DNA from: an uncultured Bacteriovoracaceae bacterium
GTDB taxonomy: Bacteria; Bdellovibrionota; Bacteriovoracia; Bacteriovoracales; Bacteriovoracaceae
Length of the DNA: 64,000 nucleotides
Reading direction: 5' to 3'
Assembly: GCA_964012805.1 (NCBI GenBank)
Contig: CAXGUD010000003.1
Span: forward strand, 1-64,000
Part shown: positions 11,325-20,798 of the stretch, piece by piece
Position numbering within the stretch: position 1 is the first letter of the stretch
How the letters are laid out: the number at the start of each line of letters is the position of its first letter
Program-made: the position numbers and the translations under genes
Notes under the pieces: generated by a model
What the model saw: only the letters and a program-made list of their open reading frames with translations
What the model was told of the DNA's origin: nothing
Databases searched by the model: none

Positions 11325-12335
11325 CTAGTAAGAATTTTTTAAGAGTTGATTTATTGTATCGCCAAATTCAAATTCAAGTCCAGGTGTAAAATTTTTATCT
11401 TGTATTTTTTTTATTACTAAATCCAATGGGTATTCTTTTTCATCAATTTTTCCTGTCGAAAAATCAAATATATGAGATGTTAAACCTAATATTAATGAAA
11501 GTGGATCAATTGAGTGTCCTAGTTTACTATTAGGGTAACCACTACCATCATACCTTTCGTGATGATCAAGAATAATATTTAGCGCTCTTTTACTTATTTC
11601 CAGTCCACTTTTTTTAATCAAATGTTGTGCTAGCCCCATATGTTTTTTAAATAGATGCTTTTCATCCTGACCAAGCTTTAAATAAGGTTTATGGTTAATA
11701 CTCTTATTTATTTGCGTAATGCCAATATTATGAAGAAATGAGGCACAAATAATTTCAGAGAGTGTTTGCTCATCTTCAAAATTGAGTAGTTTAGACAAGA
11801 AATAGGAAAAAGATACGATTCTGTTTGTAGTATTATCTTCACCTAAGAGCATCTTACAAAAGTAAACAGCTAAGCTGACAGTGTGGCTTTTTTTTGGGCT
11901 GAAACAAAGCACTTCCTTTCTGACTTGCTCAATAACTTCTGAAAAATCATCTTTTGAGATACATAACTTAATTTTACTAGGGAAATCAAATGATGATGAA
12001 TCCTCCATGGCCAATTTATATTTTTCTTGTTCTATTTCCATGGGATGTGGAGGAGGCTTTTTTAAGCTTGGAACCTCATCTTTCATTAATTGTTGAGCCC
12101 TGAGAAAAGTTCTTTGTTGTTTTACTAAAACAGCTAATTTCCCACCCCTATCAAGAATAAAATTTAAGAAAGATTTTTTTTCATCTGAAAGGGGACTATT
12201 AGCAAATAGAAAAGTGTTAAATTTTTTATTTTGAGGATTGAAAATATATAAGTGAAAAGAGAATAAAGTCTTTTCTTTTAGATGCTCTTCTTCAATAATA
12301 AAAAAGTCACTTTTTGTTTTCATATTTTTAACCAA
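11325..12335 (-). CDS. Degenerate HD-GYP domain protein
   Basis: HHERYDGSGYP present; LHNIG replaces LHDIG; true start may be ATG at 12323. Confidence 0.8.
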   Translation of the reverse strand: MVKNMKTKSDFFIIEEEHLKEKTLFSFHLYIFNPQNKKFNTFLFANSPLSDEKKSFLNFILDRGGKLAVLVKQQRTFLRAQQLMKDEVPSLKKPPPHPMEIEQEKYKLAMEDSSSFDFPSKIKLCISKDDFSEVIEQVRKEVLCFSPKKSHTVSLAVYFCKMLLGEDNTTNRIVSFSYFLSKLLNFEDEQTLSEIICASFLHNIGITQINKSINHKPYLKLGQDEKHLFKKHMGLAQHLIKKSGLEISKRALNIILDHHERYDGSGYPNSKLGHSIDPLSLILGLTSHIFDFSTGKIDEKEYPLDLVIKKIQDKNFTPGLEFEFGDTINQLLKNSY

Positions 12336-15015
12336 ATAAGCTTTTGAAGAAACCTTTAACTTTTTCTATAACTTTTTGGATTGCTCCGGAATTTTCTATC
12401 CTCGTTTTATCTAAAAAATCTTCATTGCTTGAAAAATCTAAAAATACACCTCTAGCTGATTCCATAAAAACTTCAATTTTTTTTGAGTTTGTTTCATCAA
12501 CACCATTATTAAAAATGCCAATGGTAAAACCTAGTCTATTTGGACCATCAAAATATGGATAATAAAAAATATTTTCTTGATTTAGAAACTTAGGATCTTT
12601 CCATGTTGGTAATTGTGTCTCTTTCCAAGTTTTTATATTTTCTCTTTTTATTTCCAGCCACAACTCATTTCTTACTGGGTCTGGGTTTTCTTTTTCGACA
12701 AAAGAGTTAAATATTTCAAAGAAATTACTTTTTCTATTATCGTATATGAAAAAGATGAGGTGAGCCTGAATTTCTGAATCAGTTACTTTTGAAATGTAAT
12801 CTAATATTTGATCTTCATCGACCTCTGGATCTTCATAAAGTTTCAATAAATTAATTATATACTCTAAGCCTTTTGAGTCTGCTGGAATTACAGGTTTATC
12901 ATTATCTTCATCTTCATCTTTAGTTATGCTTTTATCTTGGTCATTATTATCTTCATCATCTTTTTTTTCTTCATATTTACTATCTGTAAACTCTTTATGA
13001 ATTTTTCCATAATCAATTGTTTGTTCACCAGAGTCTCTTCTATTTAGAGAAATAGTTTGATTCTCTTCTTTTTTATTTGTAGAAAAATTGTCGTAACTAT
13101 TATCTTTTTTGGTGATTAGACCTTCCCAATCCGCTTCAACTTCTTTTTTCTCTTTCTTTTTCTTTTCTTTAAAATTAAAAGATGAGGCATTGTTATAATA
13201 TTCATCTTTTGCTTCATCTACCTCTATTTCTACTTTGCTCTCTGAAAGCTTTTCACCTGATTCTACATTGACATCAACACTTTTATTATCTAGTGAATGC
13301 TCAGAATCCAAATCTATATCATTATTTAATTCATCCTTCTTACTTCCCTCATCAACTAATCCCTCAAGTTCATTTGATGTCTCAAGTTTATTGTCCTCAT
13401 CTTCAATGTTTAAATCCGAATCGAGATTATTTTCTTTGTCGTCTAATTTTAATGAATCATCCTGAGAATCTATTTTTTCATAAGACCCCTGCTCATCCTC
13501 ACTATTATTAGCTTGATTCATCGTTTCGTCTGAATCAGTACTTATATCTAAGTTATCTTTATCTTCTCCATCTATACTATTAGAATCTATTTCTAAATTA
13601 TCATCCTCATTCGATGATTGTTGAGAGCTACCTTCTGCTATATTTAGACCTTCAGAGTCAGAAAGCTTCGAAACATTATCATCTTCATCTAAGCCTTTAA
13701 GGGAATGAGAATCTTGTTCGTCAATATTTAATTCTTTATTTTGATTTTCATCAAATTGACTGGAGGAATCTTCTATATTGAGGTTATCCTCCTCTGATGA
13801 AAGAAGAGAGTTTTCATTGCTAGACTCAAAGTCATCATCTTTTTGATTCGTTAAATTTGAGTCGACTAAATCTAAACCACTTTGGAGGCTACTTTCTAAA
13901 GGATCATCTGATTCTTCAATATCCAAATCTTTTTCTGATTTTAAACTTTCATTTTCAAGTTCGTCACTTTTTAGAGGGTCATCTGATTCATCTAAGTCAG
14001 CTTCATCTATAAAGTTATCCAGTTCTTTATCAAGTGAACTTATATCTTGGTTATCATCAAGGCTAAAACCAGTACTTTCTGAGCCGATACTATTATTACC
14101 TTCATCAATATTTAGATCCATATCTTTAGAGCTATCTTTTTTTTGGCTTGACTCTTCAATATTAAGACCTTGAGAAGATTCCAATAATTTGGTGTTATCA
14201 CTATCATCAATAAGGTTGTTTCCTTGTGTATCAGGCAATCCTTTGTCATCTATATCTAAATCAAATAGTGAATCTGGGCTTTTATCACTTGACCCTGATT
14301 CAATATCTAAGTCAAAGTTATTCCTCGAAGAATCACTGTTTCCTTGCTCTATTTCTAAGTCTGTTTTTCTTTTAGGTTCTTCATTTTCATTTTCGACATC
14401 TAGGAGAAGATTTCCTTCATTTGAAGATTTACTATTATCACTAGAACTTGGAGCTATTTGAAGTTCTGTTTGTTGAGTAGCTTTGGAAGAGTCCGGCTCA
14501 TCATTTTCATCCATTAAAAAAAGAGATTTTACTTGGGTACTTTCTGATTCATCTTTTTCTTCTATGTCTTGAATAAGAGATTCAACCTTTTGAATACTTT
14601 TTTCTTCTTTTTCCTCTTCCATTTTCATAGCGGGGAGAGATTTAATCAAAAACTTTACTTTATAAACTAATGACTTTGGAACGACGGGCTCGCAAAGAAA
14701 TTCTGTTAAACCTATTTTTTGAAACTTCTGAATGGTATTTCTTGGAAGATCCTTAGGAGATAAAAGAAGAACCTTTGATTTAAGCTTTTTAATTGCTTTC
14801 CTGTTTATTTGAAGGAGAGTAGAACAGAGTTTGGGATGGGAAATAAGTGTTATTGAAGCGCCAACAGTCTGGATTAATTGATTGGCTTCGTTTAGATCTT
14901 CACATTCATATATTTCTATTCCATCCTCATGGCTAGTCTCATTTATAACTTCCCTTAACTTTTGAAGGGAGGGAGATAAAGGGTTTACGAAAATTAAAGG
15001 TTTAGGCATATCCAT
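12328..15015 (-). CDS. Pseudo-receiver domain + long acidic low-complexity region + C-terminal globular domain
   Basis: REC-like N-terminus (VLLLSP..GLTEFLCEPV) without the Asp/Lys residues; long D/E/S/N-rich centre. Confidence 0.75.
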   Translation of the reverse strand: MDMPKPLIFVNPLSPSLQKLREVINETSHEDGIEIYECEDLNEANQLIQTVGASITLISHPKLCSTLLQINRKAIKKLKSKVLLLSPKDLPRNTIQKFQKIGLTEFLCEPVVPKSLVYKVKFLIKSLPAMKMEEEKEEKSIQKVESLIQDIEEKDESESTQVKSLFLMDENDEPDSSKATQQTELQIAPSSSDNSKSSNEGNLLLDVENENEEPKRKTDLEIEQGNSDSSRNNFDLDIESGSSDKSPDSLFDLDIDDKGLPDTQGNNLIDDSDNTKLLESSQGLNIEESSQKKDSSKDMDLNIDEGNNSIGSESTGFSLDDNQDISSLDKELDNFIDEADLDESDDPLKSDELENESLKSEKDLDIEESDDPLESSLQSGLDLVDSNLTNQKDDDFESSNENSLLSSEEDNLNIEDSSSQFDENQNKELNIDEQDSHSLKGLDEDDNVSKLSDSEGLNIAEGSSQQSSNEDDNLEIDSNSIDGEDKDNLDISTDSDETMNQANNSEDEQGSYEKIDSQDDSLKLDDKENNLDSDLNIEDEDNKLETSNELEGLVDEGSKKDELNNDIDLDSEHSLDNKSVDVNVESGEKLSESKVEIEVDEAKDEYYNNASSFNFKEKKKKEKKEVEADWEGLITKKDNSYDNFSTNKKEENQTISLNRRDSGEQTIDYGKIHKEFTDSKYEEKKDDEDNNDQDKSITKDEDEDNDKPVIPADSKGLEYIINLLKLYEDPEVDEDQILDYISKVTDSEIQAHLIFFIYDNRKSNFFEIFNSFVEKENPDPVRNELWLEIKRENIKTWKETQLPTWKDPKFLNQENIFYYPYFDGPNRLGFTIGIFNNGVDETNSKKIEVFMESARGVFLDFSSNEDFLDKTRIENSGAIQKVIEKVKGFFKSLFG

Positions 15016-15217
15016 GAATATGTTAATCGGATAAGTATAAAAAAAATAAAACAGATAAGGTTTATAAATTAAAAAATATTAAAGCCTACGAAAAAGATCT
15101 ATAAATAAAATACCTATTATTTTAAAAATTTGATTTAAGTTTTTAAATACAAAATCGATAAGAATTTTGAATGACATATTTATTCGCGTAAAGGAATAAA
15201 AGGGCAAGGAGATAATT

Positions 15218-15586
15218 ATGGCAAAAATACTGATAGTAGACGATTCCGAAACACTTAGATCTCAATTAAGAAAAGCTCTAGAAGAGGCTGGTCACGAGGT
15301 CGTTGAGGGGTATGATGGTGTGAATGGCTTAGAAACTCTTAACTCAAATCCAGACGTTCAACTTATCTTGTGCGATGTGAATATGCCGGAAATGGATGGG
15401 CTGACTATGTTAGGTAAGGTGGCTGAAAATGACAGCTTCAATAAGATTCCTATTTTTATGCTAACAACTGAGTCAAATGCAGATATGAAAGAGAAGGGAA
15501 AAGCAGTTGGTGTTAAAGCATGGGTAACCAAGCCATTTGTACCTGAAAAACTATTAGGAGCCGTTAAGAAGGTTCTTGGTAGTTAG
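15218..15586 (+). CDS. Single-domain CheY-like response regulator
   Basis: ILIVDDS, CDVNMPEMDG, MLTTES, WVTKPF. Confidence 0.93.
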   Translation: MAKILIVDDSETLRSQLRKALEEAGHEVVEGYDGVNGLETLNSNPDVQLILCDVNMPEMDGLTMLGKVAENDSFNKIPIFMLTTESNADMKEKGKAVGVKAWVTKPFVPEKLLGAVKKVLGS

Positions 15587-15618
15587 CAAAAGGGTAAACT
15601 TAAATTAGAGGTTCCACG

Positions 15619-18600
15619 ATGTCAAACATGGTTAAAAAATCGTCGGTTGCAACTAAGATGATATTTACAATTATTATTGTAACTCTTTTTGTTGCAGCAA
15701 TAGCCTCAGCCATAATTCTTAGTCAAGACTATGAAAAATATCTAAAAAGAGTAGAGCAGACGATGGAAGAAGCTAAGGAAAGCTTTATGAAACCATTGTC
15801 TGTTGCCCTTTACTCTGAAGATGAAGACCAGGTTAATAATGCCCTAAACGGTATATTAAAATTAGAAGGGTTAGTAGAGGTAAGAATTGTAAACGTTGGG
15901 GAGAAAGATCCTTCATTCTCAGCGGTCACTAGCAAGAAAGGTGGGAAATACAAAAAAATGAAGGCAGCGGAAAGGCGGTCCTTAGGCCCATCTAGAGAAA
16001 TAAAAATTATTCACGTAGACCCAGACGACCCTGATTCAAAGGGTGAGCAGATTGCTACAATGTTTCTGAACTCTACTAAGGAAGTCGCCAGAGATAAAAT
16101 TATAAACCAAATTCAAAAATTTGGGATTGTTCAATTATCACAAGTTGTTGTTTTGGCAATAGCGATTTTTCTCATATTTAGAAGTCTAGTAGCTAGACAT
16201 CTAAGGTCCATGGCCCAATTTGCTCAGGCGATGGATCTTAATGACTTGTCAGGTCCAGGTTTGACATTGGCCCGGAAAAGACCGGATTCAAATGATGAAC
16301 TTCAAGATCTAACGGACTCATTCAACGAAATGAGGGATAATCTAAAAAAGGCGCATGCAGAGTTAAAAGATTATGCCGAAAATTTAGAAGATAAAGTTAA
16401 GGCGGCAACAAAGGAAATAGAAGAAGAAAAGCAAAAAGTTGCAAACCTTCTTAATAATATGAAGCAAGCTATTTTTTCAATAAACTCAGAAGGAATAATT
16501 GTTGGTCCTGTGTCTGCTTTTTCTAAGGTTGTGTTTGATGGAGATGTCGAAGGCAATAATGTTTATGATACTCTTTACAAAGATATGGATACTCATGGTG
16601 AGGAATATGCGACTTTAAAAACATCAATGTTGTCTGTTTTTGGTGAGGATGATCTCCAGTATGATCTTATGGAAGATAATTTTCCGAATAGGATTGAATT
16701 TAAAGCAGGAAAAGAATCTAATAAAAAAGAAGATAACTCAGATCCAGAGATGGTGGTTGAAGAAGAAGAGGATGTCAGAATACTTTCTGTTAATTACAAC
16801 CCTATGTGGGATTCAAGCGACTGTTTAGAGCAATTAATGATTGTTGTCGAAGATATTACTGAGAAAGAAAAGTTAGAGGCAGAAGTTGCTAAACAGAAAA
16901 AAGAAAGTGAAAAAAATATATCTATAATAACTGAAATGGCAAATGCAGACCTTGAAGATATTTCAACTTTTCTAAAAAGTTCTCCTGAACTTGTTCAAAG
17001 TACTATGGATTTATCAAGAGTCGCTCATGAAAATACAGCGGTCCTTGGAGAAATGTTTAGGCATTTACATACTTTGAAGGGGAATGCCAGGGCCTTTAAT
17101 TTTAATTCGATTTCTAGTTTGACCCACGTTGCTGAAACAATCGTCACCACAATAAGAGAAAAAAAATCTAGCGGGGAGAATGTAACTAAAGAATTATTTA
17201 CACCTTTGATTTCCAAGCTTTACGATATTAACTCTGAGATTAATGATTATGGAGCATTGGCCAAGAAAGTTTTTAGAATTGAAAATGAGTTCGAAAACAA
17301 GCTAATTAGTGATATTCAAAGCTTCACAATAACTCTCGATCATTTGATATCGAAAAATATAACTTCAAAAGAGGCAGACTTTGATTTAAATCAACCTAAA
17401 GAAAAGCGAGAAAATGCATTTAATAGCTTCAAGGAAAATGATGGTATTTCGAAGGAAAACCTAAATCGTATTAAACGCTCGGCTCATTCGATAAAAGGTG
17501 CTTTGAGATCAATGAATGCACCTGAAATATCAGAAATGGTTCATAGGTTAGAAAGTGAAATTATTAAGTTTGATGACTTTAATCAATTTGACTTGGACAC
17601 TTTTACAAAAGACTTTATTTCGCCTTATGCAGATATTAAGGATAGGATAAAGTCTATTTACTCAAACTCTGATTTAAACAATCCATATACAAATGAATCA
17701 GCGGATTGGATAAATATATTTTTAGGAATCTTCCAATTATCTTCTGATTTGAATACTTTGGGAGCAGATGAAATTTTCCAAATAGAAGAAAAAGTCGAAA
17801 AAATACTCACAGAAACAAAGAGTCTAAAATTAGCATTTTTAACTAAAATGTCATCAGAGCTTTTTGGTTTAATTAAAATGGGAGCTGAAAAGCTAAGTGA
17901 TAATAAAAAGCCTATTAATTCAATTCTAAGGGAAATGTGGATTTATATATCTTTAGTTTCTAGGGCAAATTTGTCAAGAATAGAGGGCAGTTCAGAAAAA
18001 GAGAAGCTTATTAAAGTGGTAAGGAATCTACAGGATGATATAGATCTTGCTAGAGAGTCCCTAGATAATGCGAATGTAAGAGGTTCTATTCTACTTTCAA
18101 CATTGAGGCATATAGGAAGGATAGGTATAAATCCAAAAGATTTCTTTAAGGAAGCTAAAACTTGTTTAGGTAAAGACTCAGTTGAAGATTACTTCCTTTT
18201 TAAAGAAGATGCAGTAACTGACTTAAAATTTATTACGGCTGATTTAAAAACAACAAATATGGTGGATCTTCCAAAAGGAACAATTGAGTTAGCTGAAAAG
18301 GGAGACCCTTTGGCAGAAATGCTAAAAATATCTTTAGACGAAGATCCTCATTACAGATACCTAAAAATTATGGACTTCTCCCAATTATTGAGAGGTTTTA
18401 ATGAGGTCGTTGAGGATCAAGAGGAAGATACTGGTAAAAAAGTAAATACATTTCCTGTTGTTGCAAGAAATTATAATAGGTTGAAAGAAATTATAAGAAA
18501 TCATTCAAATGAAGAGATTTCCCAGGCTTTTAATCGGTTACTTGACGTTCCAATAATTCCATCATTAGCGAAGTATAAAACTATGGTTAACGACATTTCA

Positions 18601-19104
18601 ACAAAACTTAATAAGTCAGTTGATTATAGGGTCTCTGGTGGTGAAGTAACTATGAATAAAGATTCTTTTTACCTTTTTCAGGACGCCTTCGTTCATATCC
18701 TAAGGAATTCATTGGATCATGGAATTGAAAACCCAAGCGAGAGAGAGGAAAAAGGGAAAAACAAAAAGGGTATAATTCATATAGACTGTAATGAAATAGA
18801 CCCCGAAAATATTGAGATTAAGATTTCAGATGATGGAAAAGGAATTAATGCTGAAATTATAGCAAAGAAAGCTATCGAGAAAGGTATTCATACTGAAAAT
18901 GAAATTAATGGAATGTCTAAAGAAGATATAATAAAGCTGATATTTGTGCCGAGCTTTTCTCAAAAAGAGTCTGTAGATGAACTATCCGGCAGAGGTGTTG
19001 GTATGGATATCGTTGAAAAAAATATGAAAAAGTTAGGTGGGGATATCGATATAGAGACTGAAGTAGGGAAGGGTACTACATTCACTTTAAAAATTAAATC
19101 ATAA
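15619..19104 (+). CDS. Membrane CheA-like kinase: TM-periplasmic-TM-HAMP-PAS-like-Hpt-Hpt-HATPase, no CheW domain
   Basis: Two TM helices; DELQDLTDSFNEM; HTLKGNA and HSIKGAL; HILRNSLDHGIE, DDGKG, SGRGVGMD; stops at GTTFTLKIKS. Confidence 0.88.
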   Translation: MSNMVKKSSVATKMIFTIIIVTLFVAAIASAIILSQDYEKYLKRVEQTMEEAKESFMKPLSVALYSEDEDQVNNALNGILKLEGLVEVRIVNVGEKDPSFSAVTSKKGGKYKKMKAAERRSLGPSREIKIIHVDPDDPDSKGEQIATMFLNSTKEVARDKIINQIQKFGIVQLSQVVVLAIAIFLIFRSLVARHLRSMAQFAQAMDLNDLSGPGLTLARKRPDSNDELQDLTDSFNEMRDNLKKAHAELKDYAENLEDKVKAATKEIEEEKQKVANLLNNMKQAIFSINSEGIIVGPVSAFSKVVFDGDVEGNNVYDTLYKDMDTHGEEYATLKTSMLSVFGEDDLQYDLMEDNFPNRIEFKAGKESNKKEDNSDPEMVVEEEEDVRILSVNYNPMWDSSDCLEQLMIVVEDITEKEKLEAEVAKQKKESEKNISIITEMANADLEDISTFLKSSPELVQSTMDLSRVAHENTAVLGEMFRHLHTLKGNARAFNFNSISSLTHVAETIVTTIREKKSSGENVTKELFTPLISKLYDINSEINDYGALAKKVFRIENEFENKLISDIQSFTITLDHLISKNITSKEADFDLNQPKEKRENAFNSFKENDGISKENLNRIKRSAHSIKGALRSMNAPEISEMVHRLESEIIKFDDFNQFDLDTFTKDFISPYADIKDRIKSIYSNSDLNNPYTNESADWINIFLGIFQLSSDLNTLGADEIFQIEEKVEKILTETKSLKLAFLTKMSSELFGLIKMGAEKLSDNKKPINSILREMWIYISLVSRANLSRIEGSSEKEKLIKVVRNLQDDIDLARESLDNANVRGSILLSTLRHIGRIGINPKDFFKEAKTCLGKDSVEDYFLFKEDAVTDLKFITADLKTTNMVDLPKGTIELAEKGDPLAEMLKISLDEDPHYRYLKIMDFSQLLRGFNEVVEDQEEDTGKKVNTFPVVARNYNRLKEIIRNHSNEEISQAFNRLLDVPIIPSLAKYKTMVNDISTKLNKSVDYRVSGGEVTMNKDSFYLFQDAFVHILRNSLDHGIENPSEREEKGKNKKGIIHIDCNEIDPENIEIKISDDGKGINAEIIAKKAIEKGIHTENEINGMSKEDIIKLIFVPSFSQKESVDELSGRGVGMDIVEKNMKKLGGDIDIETEVGKGTTFTLKIKS

Positions 19105-19235
19105 ATATTTAAATCAGATAACCAATAAAGTTTATAGGTTATTCTATGTAATGAAAAAAAATATTCTTATTTTTGGTACATGAGTTATTATAGAAATATA
19201 TTTTTGCTATCAACCACAAAATTTGGGGAGGCCAA

Positions 19236-20072
19236 ATGAAAAAATTTTTGATTTTGTTTTCACTTCTCGCATTCGTATCTAATACCTATGCACTAACAGA
19301 CCTTAAATGGTGGACTGAAGAGTATGGTCCATACAACTACCGTGATAAGTCTACTAAGAAAATTGAGGGTATCTCAATTGAATTATTAGAAGCTACTCAC
19401 AAAGAACTCGGCGTAAGTTTAACAAGAAAAAATTACAAGTTAGCTCCATGGGCAAGAGGTTACAAAGCTGCTCAAAAATCAGGAAAAATGAATGTAATTT
19501 TCTCTACTACAAGAAGTTTAGCTAGAGAGCCTATCTTTAAGTGGTTTGGTCCTGTGGCTCCTGCAACGCAATCTCTGTTTGCAATTAAAGGCACTGCTAA
19601 GCCTTCGAGTAATTCACAAATCAAAGGCTTTAAAATTGCCGTTATTAGAGATGATATCGCTCAGTTAACTCTTGAAGGTAAAGATTATGGAGTTCCTTCA
19701 TCGAAACTAGTTAAGCTAGCTAAAATCAAGCCAATGTTCAAAAACGTCGCTAAAGGTAAAACAAAGTATTTTGCTTATAATGAAAACGTAGCAAAATTCA
19801 GCTTTAAAAACCTTTATGGTGGTGAGTTCGCTGGTAAATTTGAAGTTGTTTACAAGCTAGCTGAGAATGATGAGCTATGGTATGCAGTTAACAAAAGTGT
19901 TGATGATGCAACTGTTCAAGCTTATCAGGATGCTCTAGATAAAGTTAAAGCTAAGGCTTCAGTAAGAAAAGTTTTGAAAGCTAAGCATGACTTTGTTCCT
20001 GCTACAAAAGCTGAAAGTCTTTTCGCTAGCTGTGGTTTAACTGGTTCAGACCAAGCTTGTAAGAAAAAATAA
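19236..20072 (+). CDS. Periplasmic substrate-binding protein (family 3, amino-acid type)
   Basis: Signal peptide; TEEYGPYNY, GISIEL, PWARG, FSTTRS..RE..FKWFGP. Confidence 0.85.
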   Translation: MKKFLILFSLLAFVSNTYALTDLKWWTEEYGPYNYRDKSTKKIEGISIELLEATHKELGVSLTRKNYKLAPWARGYKAAQKSGKMNVIFSTTRSLAREPIFKWFGPVAPATQSLFAIKGTAKPSSNSQIKGFKIAVIRDDIAQLTLEGKDYGVPSSKLVKLAKIKPMFKNVAKGKTKYFAYNENVAKFSFKNLYGGEFAGKFEVVYKLAENDELWYAVNKSVDDATVQAYQDALDKVKAKASVRKVLKAKHDFVPATKAESLFASCGLTGSDQACKKK

Positions 20073-20088
20073 TTTAAATTTGATGAAT

Positions 20089-20120
20089 AGGGCTTCACCC
20101 CTCATGGGTGAAGCCTTCTT
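20089..20120 (+). terminator. Hairpin terminator after the SBP gene
   Basis: GGCTTCACCC-CTCAT-GGGTGAAGCC then TTCTT. Confidence 0.8.
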
Positions 20121-20222
20121 AAATAGAAGAGAAACTTTTTCCCAACTTAAATAAGTTTAAAATCAGCATAAAATATAATCATATTGTTTTATTTTTGGCT
20201 TCTTATGTCATGTGAGGAATAA

Positions 20223-20798
20223 ATGTCAGAAGAAATTATGGAAAGTTCTCTTGCCAAATTGAAAGAGCTTGTGCGCCAAGTTTCAATTACTAGGTTTAAG
20301 CAGTCTGCTCAAAATGATGAATACAACCTCTTAGAGGTTCCAAAAAGCTCTGAAAAGACCGTTTTTGATCATTGGATGTCCCTAATATTAATATCGGGTA
20401 AGAGTCTCAGAATAACCTTCAAGACTCATTTCAATATAAAAACTTGTCGTAAGATAGCTTCTCCCATTTACGGAAAAAAGCCCGACGATATTGCTGTAAG
20501 GCAGGCTCAGGATTTCGTTAAGGAATATGGTAACTTATCAGCAGGCTTTTTGAAAAAAATATTTGAAGAACAAGATGTAGATGTTGGGATTAGTCTTCCT
20601 CTTGTCATTAGAGGATTTGATGAAGTCTTTTTCGATAAAAGCGAAGATGAGTCTAAGTTAGAGGATTGTTGGAGACTTGACAACGGATCAACAAGCCTTG
20701 TTTGTACGTCTCTTCTTGAGGTTTACCAACCTGAAGTTATACAGGAATTGGATTTTACTATTGAAGAGGAAGAAGAAGAGGAGATAGATTTCTTATGA
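20223..20798 (+). CDS. CheX-like protein, copy 1
   Basis: DFVKEYGNLSAG (ExxN), GISLP; tail EEEEEEEIDFL. Confidence 0.75.
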   Translation: MSEEIMESSLAKLKELVRQVSITRFKQSAQNDEYNLLEVPKSSEKTVFDHWMSLILISGKSLRITFKTHFNIKTCRKIASPIYGKKPDDIAVRQAQDFVKEYGNLSAGFLKKIFEEQDVDVGISLPLVIRGFDEVFFDKSEDESKLEDCWRLDNGSTSLVCTSLLEVYQPEVIQELDFTIEEEEEEEIDFL

